DNA of 63,879 bases, counting the filler, from Myxococcota bacterium (lineage in GTDB: Bacteria > Myxococcota_C > UBA6777): assembly GCA_023150835.1 (NCBI GenBank). It is 6 parts of 6 records of this genome, joined end to end, with 100 filler letters (N's around TTAATTAATTAA, not from the genome) between each part and the next. Parts side by side here need not be neighbours in the genome. Positions count along the whole stretch, not along the records: positions 1 to 20,050 come from JAKLKB010000179.1; 5 more parts are not named here. One strand, 5' to 3'. The notes below the pieces were generated by a model, which was given only the letters and a program-made list of their open reading frames with translations, did no database searches and was not told the DNA's origin. Position numbers and translations under genes: made by a program. Each line of letters starts with the position of its first letter. Positions within the stretch are counted from its first letter, which is position 1. This document shows positions 10,063-20,050 of the stretch, piece after piece.

Positions 10063-10228
10063 CGTAGGCGTTAGGTGAAGCGGAGGAAAGCCCCCCACCC
10101 CGCCCTCCCCCGTGAACAGGGGAGGGAGCGAAAGTCGGAAGCCTCGGGGATTTTGTTTTTTCATGACGCACGCTGTATGCACGAAATGCAGACGCTGCCC
10201 GTTCGCCCCGTAGGCGTTAGGTGAAGCC
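10063..10228 (+). mobile_element. Family-D MITE with IS4-like end, partial, followed by a second left end
   Basis: CGTAGGCGTTAGGTGAAG ends at 10063 and 10209; body matches 29490-29614, 39081-39275, 57040-57168. Confidence 0.7.
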
Positions 10229-10374
10229 ACAGCTAGCCCTCTTACACGGGTACAAAACGCGGGCATCACGCAGAGGATATCGAAAAGAAGAGTCCACGAA
10301 AAGCACGGAAAGTACGGAAAGTACGGAAAGTACGGAAAGTACGGAAATAAGCCTTATTTGCTACGGAGAAAATT

Positions 10375-10710
10375 TTGCACAAGCCCCTCGAACCCAAAGC
10401 CCCGCCGAAACGAGAGCAGACACCCCGACAGATCTTGATCGATCTGCTCAGTGCGCAATCTTATGATGTTCGCCAGATCTCCAAAGAAGCCCATCTTTCC
10501 GAGCGCGATGTGATCTACCATCTCGAAGAGCTGCAATGCAGCCTCAAAAAAAGCCCGATGCGCTTGTTGATCGAACCCGCACGTTGCCTAAGCTGTGGAT
10601 ATGTCTTTGAAACACGCGAACGCTTTCAAAAACCCGGGCGTTGCCCCTCATGCAAAGCACAGCGGATCTCCCAGCCGCAGTTTTCCCTTCATACCTCCGA
10701 AACGGACTAG
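10375..10710 (+). CDS. HTH + Zn-ribbon transcriptional regulator (COG3357-like)
   Basis: TPRQILIDLL..HLEEL..PARCLSCGYVF..KPGRCPSCK. Confidence 0.8.
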   Translation: MHKPLEPKAPPKREQTPRQILIDLLSAQSYDVRQISKEAHLSERDVIYHLEELQCSLKKSPMRLLIEPARCLSCGYVFETRERFQKPGRCPSCKAQRISQPQFSLHTSETD

Positions 10711-10729
10711 AGTTTTGGAGATAGAGAGA

Positions 10730-11860
10730 TTAAGGCTTGCGAGGGAGGGCGGCGATCCCGTGGGCGTGGTGGTAGATCTGGCCGAAGTAGAGGCGGTTGT
10801 TGTGTTCGATGACGCTGGTGACGTTGGAGAGGGTGCGGCCTGTGGGATCTTGGAGGGTTTCGGTGATCTTGCCGTTGGCATCGAGGTGTAAGGCGTAACC
10901 GTGGCGTTGTGCGGCGGGGCGCATCCACGAAGGGAGCGCAAAGACGAGGCGTTTGAGTCGGGGGTGAGGATGAAGCCATTGATCGAGCAGAGAGACCCGT
11001 GTGGAAGCGAGGGCGACCCACAAGCCGCCGTTGGGGCTGCGGCTGATGTTGTCGGGAAAACCGGGAAGATTCTCTGCGAAGACGTCCACCTTTCCAGCTT
11101 TGGGGCCACGTCGCCAATAGCGCAAGATGCGGTAGCGTGCGGTTTCAGCGATCCAGATCGAGGCTCCGTCGGGAGCCAAGGCGACGCCGTTTGCAAAGTA
11201 CAGCCCGTCCAAGAGTAGCCTGATCTGGCCCGTACGCAGATCATAGCGGAAGAGACGGCCACTTCCGACGCCTGAGGCGATATCAAGGCGATGTTCCTCA
11301 AAGATGCCGACCAGTCGGCTTGCATCGGTGAAGAAAAGGGCTTGGGCTTGGGGATCGAGATCGATCTCGTTGAGGAAGCGAAAGGGCTTGCCTTGGTAAC
11401 CTGTAAGCAGGGTTTTGATCTGTCCGTTTGGAGAGATCGCCAGCAAGCCTTTGATCGCATCGGCAAGATAGAGCGTGCCCTCTTTTGAAAAGACCATCCC
11501 AAGGGGGCGTCCGCCTGTTTTGGCGAACAATGTTGGCTTTGCGACTACAGCGTCTTTTGTAGAGGCCGAGGCAAGGGCGGAATCGAAGCGCCAGATCGTT
11601 CCGTCGATGCAGCCCGTGTAGAGGCGTCCTTGGGGATCGAAGGCGATATCTTCGGCTTCTTTGACGATATCTTTTCCGAGCCATCGGACTTTTTGAAGGC
11701 GGGTGTTGGGAGCCAAGACACCCTGTGCAAGGGGGGCTTGGGGTGGTTCCCATGCCGACATCTGCGGGGCGTTTTGGTAAAGGACGGCGGTGTAGATCAC
11801 AAACGCCAGTCCAGCGAGCAAGGGCGCACCAAGTAGAAACTTGCGAGACGATCGAGACAT
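10730..11860 (-). CDS. Strictosidine synthase / SMP-30 family beta-propeller protein
   Basis: TGGRPLG, FTDAS, LYFANGVAL, NLPGFPDNI; N-terminal TM. Confidence 0.92.
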   Translation of the reverse strand: MSRSSRKFLLGAPLLAGLAFVIYTAVLYQNAPQMSAWEPPQAPLAQGVLAPNTRLQKVRWLGKDIVKEAEDIAFDPQGRLYTGCIDGTIWRFDSALASASTKDAVVAKPTLFAKTGGRPLGMVFSKEGTLYLADAIKGLLAISPNGQIKTLLTGYQGKPFRFLNEIDLDPQAQALFFTDASRLVGIFEEHRLDIASGVGSGRLFRYDLRTGQIRLLLDGLYFANGVALAPDGASIWIAETARYRILRYWRRGPKAGKVDVFAENLPGFPDNISRSPNGGLWVALASTRVSLLDQWLHPHPRLKRLVFALPSWMRPAAQRHGYALHLDANGKITETLQDPTGRTLSNVTSVIEHNNRLYFGQIYHHAHGIAALPRKP

Positions 11861-11862
11861 GA

Positions 11863-12948
11863 TCAAACCCCGATGGGATGCCAAGCGGTTTTCCACTCGA
11901 CGAAGGGGAGGATGGAGTAGAGGCTTTGTTGGCGTTCAGAACACCACGCATCGAGGGTTTGGGGTTGTTCAAAGAAGTGAACGCGCTTGACACTTTCGCA
12001 GGCGGCGAGCTGGATGGCGCGGTCTTGGGCTTCGTTGCCACCGCAGCTTGCGATAGCGTTGATGTCCATGTGGCCGGCTGCGTGGGGAAGAAGTTCGTCG
12101 CGTAGCCCTGTAAGGATATTAACGACACCGCCCGGGAAGTCGGAGGTGGCCAAGATCTCGGAAAGCTCGATAGCGACGGTGGGAGCGTTGTTTTCGACGA
12201 GTACCACACAGGTATTGCCAGACAAGATCACAGGGGCGATCAGGGAGACAAGACCAAGCAGCGGTGCGTTGGTGGGGGCAAAGATCGCGACAACGCCCGT
12301 CGGTTCGGGGAGAGTGAAATTAAAGAATGAAGAAGCGACGGGGTTGACGGAGCTGAGGACTTGGACGTATTTGTCGGTCCAACCTGCGTACCAAAACATC
12401 CGATCTGCGGCGGCGTCGACTTCTTGAGTAGCTTCGGAGGCGGAGAGATGGGCGTGTTCTTGAAGTCGAGCGATCAGGCTTTCTCGGCGGGCATCGATCA
12501 TCTCGGCGGCACGGAACAGGATCTGCCCGCGATTGAAGGCGCTTCGAGTTGCCCAAGGGGTCTGTGCGCTGCGTGCAGCCGAGACGGCATCACGCAGATC
12601 TTTTCGGGAGGCGCGCACATAGTGTGTCACGAGATCTCCTTCTGCGTTGTGGAGGCCCAAGACACGGCCTTGTTCGGAGCGAATAAACTTTCCGCCAACC
12701 CACATCTTGTAGGTTTTGTGGACCATCAAGCGCCCGTTGTCTGTGCGTCCTCCGCCGACGAGTCGGTGGTCGTTGGGCGCAGAGGCGGTGGAGCGTGCGG
12801 TGGGAGGCGGGCTTGCGCTCTTGGCTTGCGCTTTGGAGGCGGCGGAACCTTCGGATCCGTTGGTCTGTTCGGCGTTTGGGATGGTGGCCGCCTCTGGGGA
12901 TTTTTTCTGTGTGGTGTCCGTGGATTTTTTCTTTTGGGTTTGAGTCAT
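11863..12948 (-). CDS. Short aldehyde-dehydrogenase-like protein lacking the catalytic domain
   Basis: KTYKMWVGGKFIRSE, YAGWTDK, EPTGVV; no ELGGK or catalytic Cys; ends 'KTAWHPIGV'. Confidence 0.85.
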   Translation of the reverse strand: MTQTQKKKSTDTTQKKSPEAATIPNAEQTNGSEGSAASKAQAKSASPPPTARSTASAPNDHRLVGGGRTDNGRLMVHKTYKMWVGGKFIRSEQGRVLGLHNAEGDLVTHYVRASRKDLRDAVSAARSAQTPWATRSAFNRGQILFRAAEMIDARRESLIARLQEHAHLSASEATQEVDAAADRMFWYAGWTDKYVQVLSSVNPVASSFFNFTLPEPTGVVAIFAPTNAPLLGLVSLIAPVILSGNTCVVLVENNAPTVAIELSEILATSDFPGGVVNILTGLRDELLPHAAGHMDINAIASCGGNEAQDRAIQLAACESVKRVHFFEQPQTLDAWCSERQQSLYSILPFVEWKTAWHPIGV

Positions 12949-14465
12949 CAGCGCACCTCCAAGTAGGGCTTGAGGCCGTGTAATCCGCCCTCTCGACCAA
13001 AGCCGCTTTCTTTGTAGCCACCAAAAGGACTGGCGGGATCGAACTGGTTGTAGGTATTGCCCCACACGACGCCTGCGCGGATCGCGCCTGCTACAGAAAA
13101 GAGTTTGCTGCCTTTGTCGCTCCAGATCCCTGCGCTGAGACCGTAGGGGCTGTTGTTGGCTTTTTTCAGAGCTTCGTCGGGTGTGCGGAAGGTAAGAACC
13201 GAAAGGACGGGCCCAAAGATCTCTTCTTGGGCGATGCGATGGGATTGTGAAACTTCGGTAAAGACGGTGGGTCGGAAGAAAAAGCCGCGAGAAGGGAGGT
13301 TGCAAGTGCTTTGATGGATGTGTGCGCCTTCGTCGATGCCGCTTTGGACGAGTTCGTGGATCTTGTCGAGTTGTGCGCGGGAATTGATGGCACCGACATC
13401 GGTGTTTTTGTCGAGCGGGTCGCCGACGCGGAGGCTTTCCATGCGGAGGCGTAGTTTTTGGATGACTTCTTTGGCGACGCTTTCTTGGACCAAGAGGCGA
13501 GAGCCTGCGCAGCAGACGTGGCCTTGGTTAAAGAAGATGCCTTGGATGATGCCTTCGACGGCTTGATCGAGGGGGGCGTCTTCAAAGATGATGTTGGCGC
13601 CCTTGCCACCGAGTTCAAGGGTGAGGCGTTTACGGGTTCCAGCGATGGCGCGTTGGATGATCTTTCCGACTTCGGTGGAGCCTGTGAAGGCGACCTTGTC
13701 GATATCGGGGTGTTTGACGATGGCGGCCCCTGTGCGCCCTGCGCCGTTGACGATATTGACGACGCCTGCGGGGAGATCGGCTTCTTGGCAGAGTTCGGCC
13801 AGTTTCATGGCGGTGAGGGGAGTGGTTTCGGCGGGCTTGAGGACGACGGAGTTTCCCGCAGCAAGGGCAGGAGCGAGTTTCCATGCGGCCATTAGCAGCG
13901 GGAAGTTCCACGGGATGACTTGTCCAGCAACGCCGATGGAAGAGACGGTTGCTCCCGGGAATGCGTAGTGAAGCTTGTCTGCCCACCCTGCATAATAGAG
14001 GAAGTGTGCGGCAACAAGGGGGAGATCGACATCACGTGATTCTTTGATCGGCTTTCCTCCGTCCATCGACTCCAAGATCGCCAGTTCACGGGCATTTTCT
14101 TGGATCAGGCGACCCAAGCGGTAGATGTACTTTGCGCGTTCTGCGGGTTTCATCTTGCCCCATACACCGGCGTAGGCGGCGCGGGCGGATTGGACGGCTT
14201 GATCGACTTCGGCTTCGTCTGCGGCTGCAAACTCGGCGATGACTTCTTCGGTGGCGGGGTTGATCGAGGGGAAGTGGTCTTTTCCTTCGACAAAGCGACC
14301 GTTGATGAAGTGGCCGTAGCGTTGGGCATAACGCACATGGTCGGTGCTTTCGGGGGAGGGGGCGTATCCCCAAAGGTCTCCAAACAACAGACCCGCCATG
14401 TCGCGAGAATGGGCTTGTTCGTTGGTTTTGGTGGTCATCTTTACGTTCTCCGCAGCCGTGTTCAA
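12948..14465 (-). CDS. Aldehyde dehydrogenase
   Basis: PWNFP, FTGST, LELGGK, FFNQGHVCCAG, EEIFGP, PFGGYKESG. Confidence 0.95.
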   Translation of the reverse strand: MNTAAENVKMTTKTNEQAHSRDMAGLLFGDLWGYAPSPESTDHVRYAQRYGHFINGRFVEGKDHFPSINPATEEVIAEFAAADEAEVDQAVQSARAAYAGVWGKMKPAERAKYIYRLGRLIQENARELAILESMDGGKPIKESRDVDLPLVAAHFLYYAGWADKLHYAFPGATVSSIGVAGQVIPWNFPLLMAAWKLAPALAAGNSVVLKPAETTPLTAMKLAELCQEADLPAGVVNIVNGAGRTGAAIVKHPDIDKVAFTGSTEVGKIIQRAIAGTRKRLTLELGGKGANIIFEDAPLDQAVEGIIQGIFFNQGHVCCAGSRLLVQESVAKEVIQKLRLRMESLRVGDPLDKNTDVGAINSRAQLDKIHELVQSGIDEGAHIHQSTCNLPSRGFFFRPTVFTEVSQSHRIAQEEIFGPVLSVLTFRTPDEALKKANNSPYGLSAGIWSDKGSKLFSVAGAIRAGVVWGNTYNQFDPASPFGGYKESGFGREGGLHGLKPYLEVR

Positions 14466-15358
14466 TCTTCGCTAAAGTACAGGCTGGATTGATAATTTCC
14501 TGTTTCGAGGCGTTGCAACTGCATCAAGACATCGTTGAGTAGTGAAGAGGCGCCCAACCGAAAGAGGTCGGGAGTCAACCAGTCGTCTCCCAAGGTTTCT
14601 TTGACCATGACAAGGTATTGCCAAGCTTGCTTGGCTTTGCGGATGCCGCCTGCGGGTTTGATGCCGATGCGCTTGCCTGTTTGAAAGAAAAAATCGCGTA
14701 CGGCTTCAAACATCACCAAGGTGACGGGGAGGGTGGCGGCTTCAGAGACTTTGCCTGTGGAGGTTTTGATAAAGTCTGCGCCCGCATCCATCGCGATCTG
14801 CGAGGCTTTACGGACTTGATCGTAGGTGCCTAACTCGCCTGTTTCCAAGATCACTTTGAGATGGGCGGGACCGCAGGCTTCTTTGCTTGCGGCGACTTCG
14901 TCGTAGATGCGGGCATATTCACCCGCAAGGAAGGCCCCACGACTGATCACCATGTCGATCTCATCGGCCCCTTCCGCGACGGTTTGGCGGATCTCTTCGA
15001 GGCGGATCGGCAAGAAGGATTGGCCGCTTGGGAAGGCGGTCGCCACCGCCGCGACTTTGACGTCGCTTCCGACGAGAGAGCGCTTGGCGACACCCACCAA
15101 GGTGGGGTACACACACACCGCAGCCACGGACGGGCAAGGACGCCCGATCATCGGCTGCATGGCTTTCTTGCACATCATCTGCACTTTGCCTTCGGTGTCC
15201 ATGCCTTCGAGTGTTGTGAGATCCATCATGCGGATCGCCAACTCCAGCGCTGCTTTCTTCGCCCCTTTTTTGATGCTGCGTGTTGTAAACGCCGCTGCTC
15301 GGGATTCCACTTGTACCTGATCCACTGTGGGGATCTTGGGTAAGCGATAGGTCTGCAT
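14462..15358 (-). CDS. deoC: Deoxyribose-phosphate aldolase
   Basis: MDLTTL, AAVCVYP, GADEIDMV, LKVILETGEL, DFIKTSTGK, KPAGGIR, RLGASSL. Confidence 0.95.
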   Translation of the reverse strand: MQTYRLPKIPTVDQVQVESRAAAFTTRSIKKGAKKAALELAIRMMDLTTLEGMDTEGKVQMMCKKAMQPMIGRPCPSVAAVCVYPTLVGVAKRSLVGSDVKVAAVATAFPSGQSFLPIRLEEIRQTVAEGADEIDMVISRGAFLAGEYARIYDEVAASKEACGPAHLKVILETGELGTYDQVRKASQIAMDAGADFIKTSTGKVSEAATLPVTLVMFEAVRDFFFQTGKRIGIKPAGGIRKAKQAWQYLVMVKETLGDDWLTPDLFRLGASSLLNDVLMQLQRLETGNYQSSLYFSED

Positions 15359-15644
15359 CTGCCCTCCTTCTTGACACGCACAGGGGCGTTGTTTTGCGCC
15401 ACAGCACTTCTTGGGACGTGGTCTGTTGAGAAACGCGCCGCCCTGTTGCTTTCTACGCCGATGGTGGGTTTCCGTTATGCACCAGATCGCCTCCCAGCGC
15501 AAATGTCTTGTGCGGCTTTGTCAACCACGTGGCACCTCTTGACAAGAGCAAAGAACAAATGGCTTTGTCGGGCGCACGAAGAAACGCCCCATCACGAAGG
15601 AAAGACCGCTTGGGCGAGCGGCCACAACAGCGTAGGAGTCAATT

Positions 15645-16046
15645 TTGACACAACCCACCGCAAGAAAAAAAACGACGCCCAAGACCCTGATCGTGATCGG
15701 TGATCGGGTCTTGATCAAAGTGGACGAAGAAGAAAAGCGGACCGAAGTGGGGTTGTATCTCCCCGACACGGTAAGAGACAAAGAGGACGTATTCTCGGGG
15801 ACGATCGTGAAGACAGGGCCGGGAACGCCGTTGATGGATCCGTTGGCGGTCACGGAGGAGCCGTGGGATCCTGATGCGGTTTCTGTGCGTTATCTCCCGA
15901 TGCAAGCGCGGGTGGGGGATTATGTACTCTTTCTTCGCAAGGCAGCGGTGGAGATCCAGTACGAAGGGGAAAAATACCTGCTTGCACCGCAAAGCGCGCT
16001 TTTGATCTTGGTGCGCGGCGAACATCCCGTGGATGAGTTGCAATGA
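15645..16046 (+). CDS. GroES/Cpn10-family co-chaperone (no adjacent groEL)
   Basis: GDRVLIK..GLYLP..GPG..VGDYVLF..YEGEKY; TTG start after AGGAG. Confidence 0.8.
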   Translation: MTQPTARKKTTPKTLIVIGDRVLIKVDEEEKRTEVGLYLPDTVRDKEDVFSGTIVKTGPGTPLMDPLAVTEEPWDPDAVSVRYLPMQARVGDYVLFLRKAAVEIQYEGEKYLLAPQSALLILVRGEHPVDELQ

Positions 16047-16474
16047 GCCTTCCAACGCTCGCGATCGCCATCGCGGTGGTATATCGGGCCGCAGATCAAG
16101 CGATATTGGTCACCTCTCGTCCAAGCAGCGCCCACGCAGGGGGCGTTTGGGAGTTTCCGGGTGGTAAGATCGAGGCGGGCGAAAGCCCAACGGACGCCGC
16201 GCAGCGTGAACTGTCCGAAGAGACGGGGCTTGTCGTCCGTCCCTTTGTGTTGTGGAAAACGCACTCGTACACATACCCCGATCGGATCGTTGTTTTGCAC
16301 ATCTGCCTTGGGCAAACATCCGAGATGACCGCACTGCGTGATCCATTGGTTTCGCATCGCTGGCTTCCACACAGCGCCCTGCTTTCTCTCCCGATGCCTG
16401 CGGGAAATCGTGCATGGCTTGCGTTGTTGCCTGTGCAATTCTGCGAGAATAGAACGGAGGGTGGGATTAGTTGA
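16043..16474 (+). CDS. NUDIX hydrolase, MutT-like
   Basis: WEFPGGKIEAGESPTDAAQRELSEETG Nudix box. Confidence 0.9.
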   Translation: MSLPTLAIAIAVVYRAADQAILVTSRPSSAHAGGVWEFPGGKIEAGESPTDAAQRELSEETGLVVRPFVLWKTHSYTYPDRIVVLHICLGQTSEMTALRDPLVSHRWLPHSALLSLPMPAGNRAWLALLPVQFCENRTEGGIS

Positions 16475-18740
16475 GGGTGAGGTTTTTGAGCATACTGCGG
16501 ACGTCTTGGACGTGCTTTCCGCGAGGGTGGTGCTTGAGGTACTGCTGATAGACTTTGCGGGCTTGATCGACTTTGTTGCGTTCGTAATAAAGGCTTCCGA
16601 GGGTGACCAATCCACCGGCTGTTGCGCGAGGATCTTTGCGGTAGGCTTGTTCGAGATAGCGCAAGGCTTGTGCGCCTTTGTTTTGCTCATACAAGATATT
16701 GCCCAAAGCGGCCAATACGCGGACATCTTCGGGGGCGCTTTTTTGGGCTTGGCGCAACAGCCGCTCGGCTGCTTTGAATTGCTCGCGGCGTTTGAGTCCT
16801 TCGGCTTTTTCGAGCAGTTGGTCGACTGAACCCGACTTTGCGATGCGCACCGCAGGGCGACGCACCGCAGGGCGACGGCTGATCACAACCCGAGGGCGAG
16901 CGCGAGGACGTACTGCCACTTCAGGGGGGTCTTCAGGATCAGGGCGATCTTCTGGAGTCGGTCGAACGAGCGGGCGAACGATCGGAATAGGCCGATCTAC
17001 GGGCCGATCCGTCTGTCGGTCTGTGGGGCGGTCTGTCGGTCGGTCTGTGGGCCGATCTGTAGGCCGATCTGTAGGCCGATCTGTAGGCCGGTCTGTGGGG
17101 CGGTCTGTCGGTCGATCTGTCGATCGGTCTGTGGGGCGGTCTGTCGGTCGATCTGTCGGCCGGTCTGTAGGCCGATTGGTGGAGATAGGCCGATCGTTGG
17201 TTCGCCCGAGGGTTGGGGCGAGAGGGGGTGTGGCTTGGGTGGTGATGCGGGGCGTTGGGCGAAGCGTCTGCTTGGTAAGCTGGGGAGTGGGCTGAGAGGG
17301 GGGAGGAAAGAGCAGGTAGAGTGTACCGAAGGTGGCGACCATCAAAAGAATACCGCCGCCAAGCCAACGCAGGGTGCGAGAAAGTTTGCTGGGGGGATGA
17401 AAGTCTTTGACAAAAAAGTCGTCGCTCAGGCTGAGTTTTTTTGGAGATTTGACGGGAGGTGTCGGGATCTCGGCTTCTTCGGCGTAGAATCCGATCGAGA
17501 TGGGTTCGAGCAGAGCAAGCTCGGGCTGAGAGGGAGAGATGGGTTCTTTGCGTTCTTTGGTTTGCGCAACAAAAGGTGTCAAAGAGGCCGAAGGTTCAAG
17601 AGGAGTGGAAGGGATGGGCGGTTCGGTCGGTGCCGCAGATCGGGGAAGGGGTGTAGAGTAGGAGAAGGTCTGTGCGGGTTTGGAGGTTGATTTGGGGGCC
17701 GCAAACATCTCGCCTTCAAGGGAGACGGGGGGGGTTATTTCTTGGGAAGAGGCAGCGCGGGTTTCCGCGATGGTTTGGTGTTTGGTGTTGGGTATGGGAT
17801 CTTCGTCGGGGAGAGGGATTCGCCCCTTGTGCATCGGCAAGAAGGGAGAGCTTGGAGTGGTATCGGAAGGGGCCGAAGGCTCGGAGAGATCGATGAAGGG
17901 TTTTTCGTGGTGGGCTGTGTAGCGGGGGGTTTCAGAGAAGGGCGAAGCGAGGGGAGATTCTTGTGAAGCGTCGTCATCGCCCATCAGTTCGGAGCGCAAG
18001 AGTCGATCCAAGGCGTGCGAAGTGTCTTCTTCGAGAAGTTGTTGGATATCGATACTTGCCAAAGAAGCGAGGCTTTGGCTGCTTTGTCGCCGTTCGAGGG
18101 TGGTTCGGGGGGGTGGTGTGGTGGGGAAGGAGGGTTTTCGTTGGAGAGATTCTTCTTCGATGGCGGGAGAATCGAGATCTCCGAGGGCGTGGAACACCAA
18201 GCTGCTGGTGTCTTGGACAGGGAGAACTTGGACATCGGGCTGGGTTTCTTTGGAGCGCGATCCGTTGGGCTTTTTGGACGGAGCGGGTGCAGGGAGATGT
18301 TTGAAGTCGTCGAAGGCGAGGGAATCTTCGATCCGTTCTTGGCGATCTTTTGAAGAAGAGGGAAGGGGGCGGACTTCGCTAAGGGAGAACACGTCGCTGC
18401 GTTGTCTTGGATCGGGAGAGATGGCGTCTAATTCGCCAGAGAGCGGGCCTTGTTCTTCGATGCGATGGAGCAAAGAGACGAGGTCTTGTTGTTCGACATC
18501 GTTGGAATCAAGGGAGTCTTCATCAAAGATGGCGCGGTCTTGCGCGGTGGGTGGAGGCAAGAGGTCTTCCTCTTGGGACTCTGACATCCACGAACGCTCG
18601 GAATAATGCTCTCGCTTGGCGAGCAAGGCTTGGGCGTTGGCGATGGGCTGGGCTGCAACGATCAGATGTTGCGCGGCCTCTTGCGCGGCGTCTGCTAGAA
18701 GCTGCTCCAAACTGACGATCTCTGTGGATTTTGATTTCAT
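16467..18740 (-). CDS. Membrane-anchored Pro/Ser-rich protein with (TDRP)n linker and C-terminal TPRs
   Basis: Long disordered N-terminus, single TM, 12-bp coding repeats, TPR helices ending 'YLKHHPRGKH'; start uncertain. Confidence 0.75.
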   Translation of the reverse strand: MKSKSTEIVSLEQLLADAAQEAAQHLIVAAQPIANAQALLAKREHYSERSWMSESQEEDLLPPPTAQDRAIFDEDSLDSNDVEQQDLVSLLHRIEEQGPLSGELDAISPDPRQRSDVFSLSEVRPLPSSSKDRQERIEDSLAFDDFKHLPAPAPSKKPNGSRSKETQPDVQVLPVQDTSSLVFHALGDLDSPAIEEESLQRKPSFPTTPPPRTTLERRQSSQSLASLASIDIQQLLEEDTSHALDRLLRSELMGDDDASQESPLASPFSETPRYTAHHEKPFIDLSEPSAPSDTTPSSPFLPMHKGRIPLPDEDPIPNTKHQTIAETRAASSQEITPPVSLEGEMFAAPKSTSKPAQTFSYSTPLPRSAAPTEPPIPSTPLEPSASLTPFVAQTKERKEPISPSQPELALLEPISIGFYAEEAEIPTPPVKSPKKLSLSDDFFVKDFHPPSKLSRTLRWLGGGILLMVATFGTLYLLFPPPSQPTPQLTKQTLRPTPRITTQATPPLAPTLGRTNDRPISTNRPTDRPTDRPTDRPTDRSTDRPTDRPTDRPTDRPTDRPTDRPTDRPTDRPTDRQTDRPVDRPIPIVRPLVRPTPEDRPDPEDPPEVAVRPRARPRVVISRRPAVRRPAVRIAKSGSVDQLLEKAEGLKRREQFKAAERLLRQAQKSAPEDVRVLAALGNILYEQNKGAQALRYLEQAYRKDPRATAGGLVTLGSLYYERNKVDQARKVYQQYLKHHPRGKHVQDVRSMLKNLTLN

Positions 18741-19203
18741 CTTTGAAAACTTCTTGTGGTTGGGGATAGGTTGTGATCCCGTCGGCCCGTACAATCTGTC
18801 GATGGAGAAATACTCTACGCAGAGAGTATAGAAGCAAAACCAGCCTGCGAATCGCGTTCAAAAAACGCAATCAAAACCCCCAACCCCGCAGCATACCAAG
18901 CGATTCGAAGGGGATCGGTGCGGTGTTCTGCTCCTGCGCTGCATGGTTATCACAGATCAAACGCTGTGGAAAGAGCCTTTTTTGCAAACCTGCTGGCCTT
19001 CTCTTGGGAGCCGAGCGGAGCCAGCGTTGGCGCGCTGGGGCTTCTTTTGTGTGAAGGAGGCCCTTGCACCGAGGCGGCGGATCAGGTACTTGCGCAGAGC
19101 TTGAGGGGGGGCGTTGGTTTGATGCCCGAAGCCTGAGGGTGTTTGGAGTGTTGGCTTGATGGAGGGTCGGTGTGTTTGGGTGGATGGTTGTGTGAGGTGA
19201 AGG

Positions 19204-19881
19204 ATGTCTTTTGCCAGACAAGTCTGGGCGTTGTTGAAAAAAGATCTGCGTTTGGAGTGGCGAAGTCGTGAGATGCTTACGACGATCTTTTTCTTTACAT
19301 TTTTGTCGTTGTCGGTGTTTGGTCTTTCGCTGCAAGCGAGTCCGACGGTGCAACGTCAAGTGGTGAGTGGTTTGTTGTGGGCGACGTTGGCGTTTGCAGG
19401 AACCCTTGGGATGGGGCGTTTGTACGCTGCCGAATTGGAAGAGGGGGCGTTGAATGGCTTGCGGATGGCTCCTGTTGCGTATGAGGCGATCTTTTTAGCC
19501 AAGCAGTTGTCGCTGTTGTTGTTTCTGTTGAGTTGTGCGTTGTGGTCGGTGCCACTGGCGGCTTTTATGTTCCAAGCGGATATCACGATGCTTTGGCCTG
19601 ATCTGATCCCGATCATGCTGCTTGGTTTGTGGGGGTTTTCGATCATCGGTACGTTGATGGCGACGTTGTTGCTGCATGCGCGGTTTCGGGAGGCTCTTTT
19701 ACCGCTGCTGTTTTTGCCGCTGGTGTTGCCGATCTTGATCGGCGGAGCGCGGGCAACCTCCGAGCTTTTGGGCGTGGCAGGACTTCCACAGACGGCTTTT
19801 TGGGTGCGTGGCTTTCTGTTGTTTGACTTGTTGTTTTTCATTCTCGGTCTTTGGCTGTACGCTCCCCAACTGGAGCAATGA
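19204..19881 (+). CDS. ccmB: Heme exporter protein B
   Basis: KDLRLEWRSRE, EEGALNGL, REALLPLLFLPLVLP. Confidence 0.9.
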   Translation: MSFARQVWALLKKDLRLEWRSREMLTTIFFFTFLSLSVFGLSLQASPTVQRQVVSGLLWATLAFAGTLGMGRLYAAELEEGALNGLRMAPVAYEAIFLAKQLSLLLFLLSCALWSVPLAAFMFQADITMLWPDLIPIMLLGLWGFSIIGTLMATLLLHARFREALLPLLFLPLVLPILIGGARATSELLGVAGLPQTAFWVRGFLLFDLLFFILGLWLYAPQLEQ

Positions 19882-19910
19882 ACCGCGTATCCGGTCTTTC
19901 GGGCCATCCT

Positions 19911-20050
19911 GTCAACGACCCGCCCCGACATGGAGCGGGCTTGCTTCGGTAAGCCCCGTTGACCCGCCCCCAGAAGCCGAGGGAAACTTTGGTGGAGGAA
20001 ACGTTGGGAGAGAATAGAGAGGCACAGTCGGATGCTTCTCCAGTCCGATG
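19911..20050 (+). ncRNA. IscB omega-RNA (HEARO-like) scaffold, 5' part, contig-truncated
   Basis: 140 nt matching 32148-32287 apart from 2 substitutions; GTCAAC..GGGCTTG..GTTGAC opening; GGATGCTTCTCCAGTCC motif. Confidence 0.85.

Noticed and set aside
18800-19200. Possible ncRNA or ccmA upstream of ccmB
   Set aside because: No recognisable RNA motif or ABC ATPase signature
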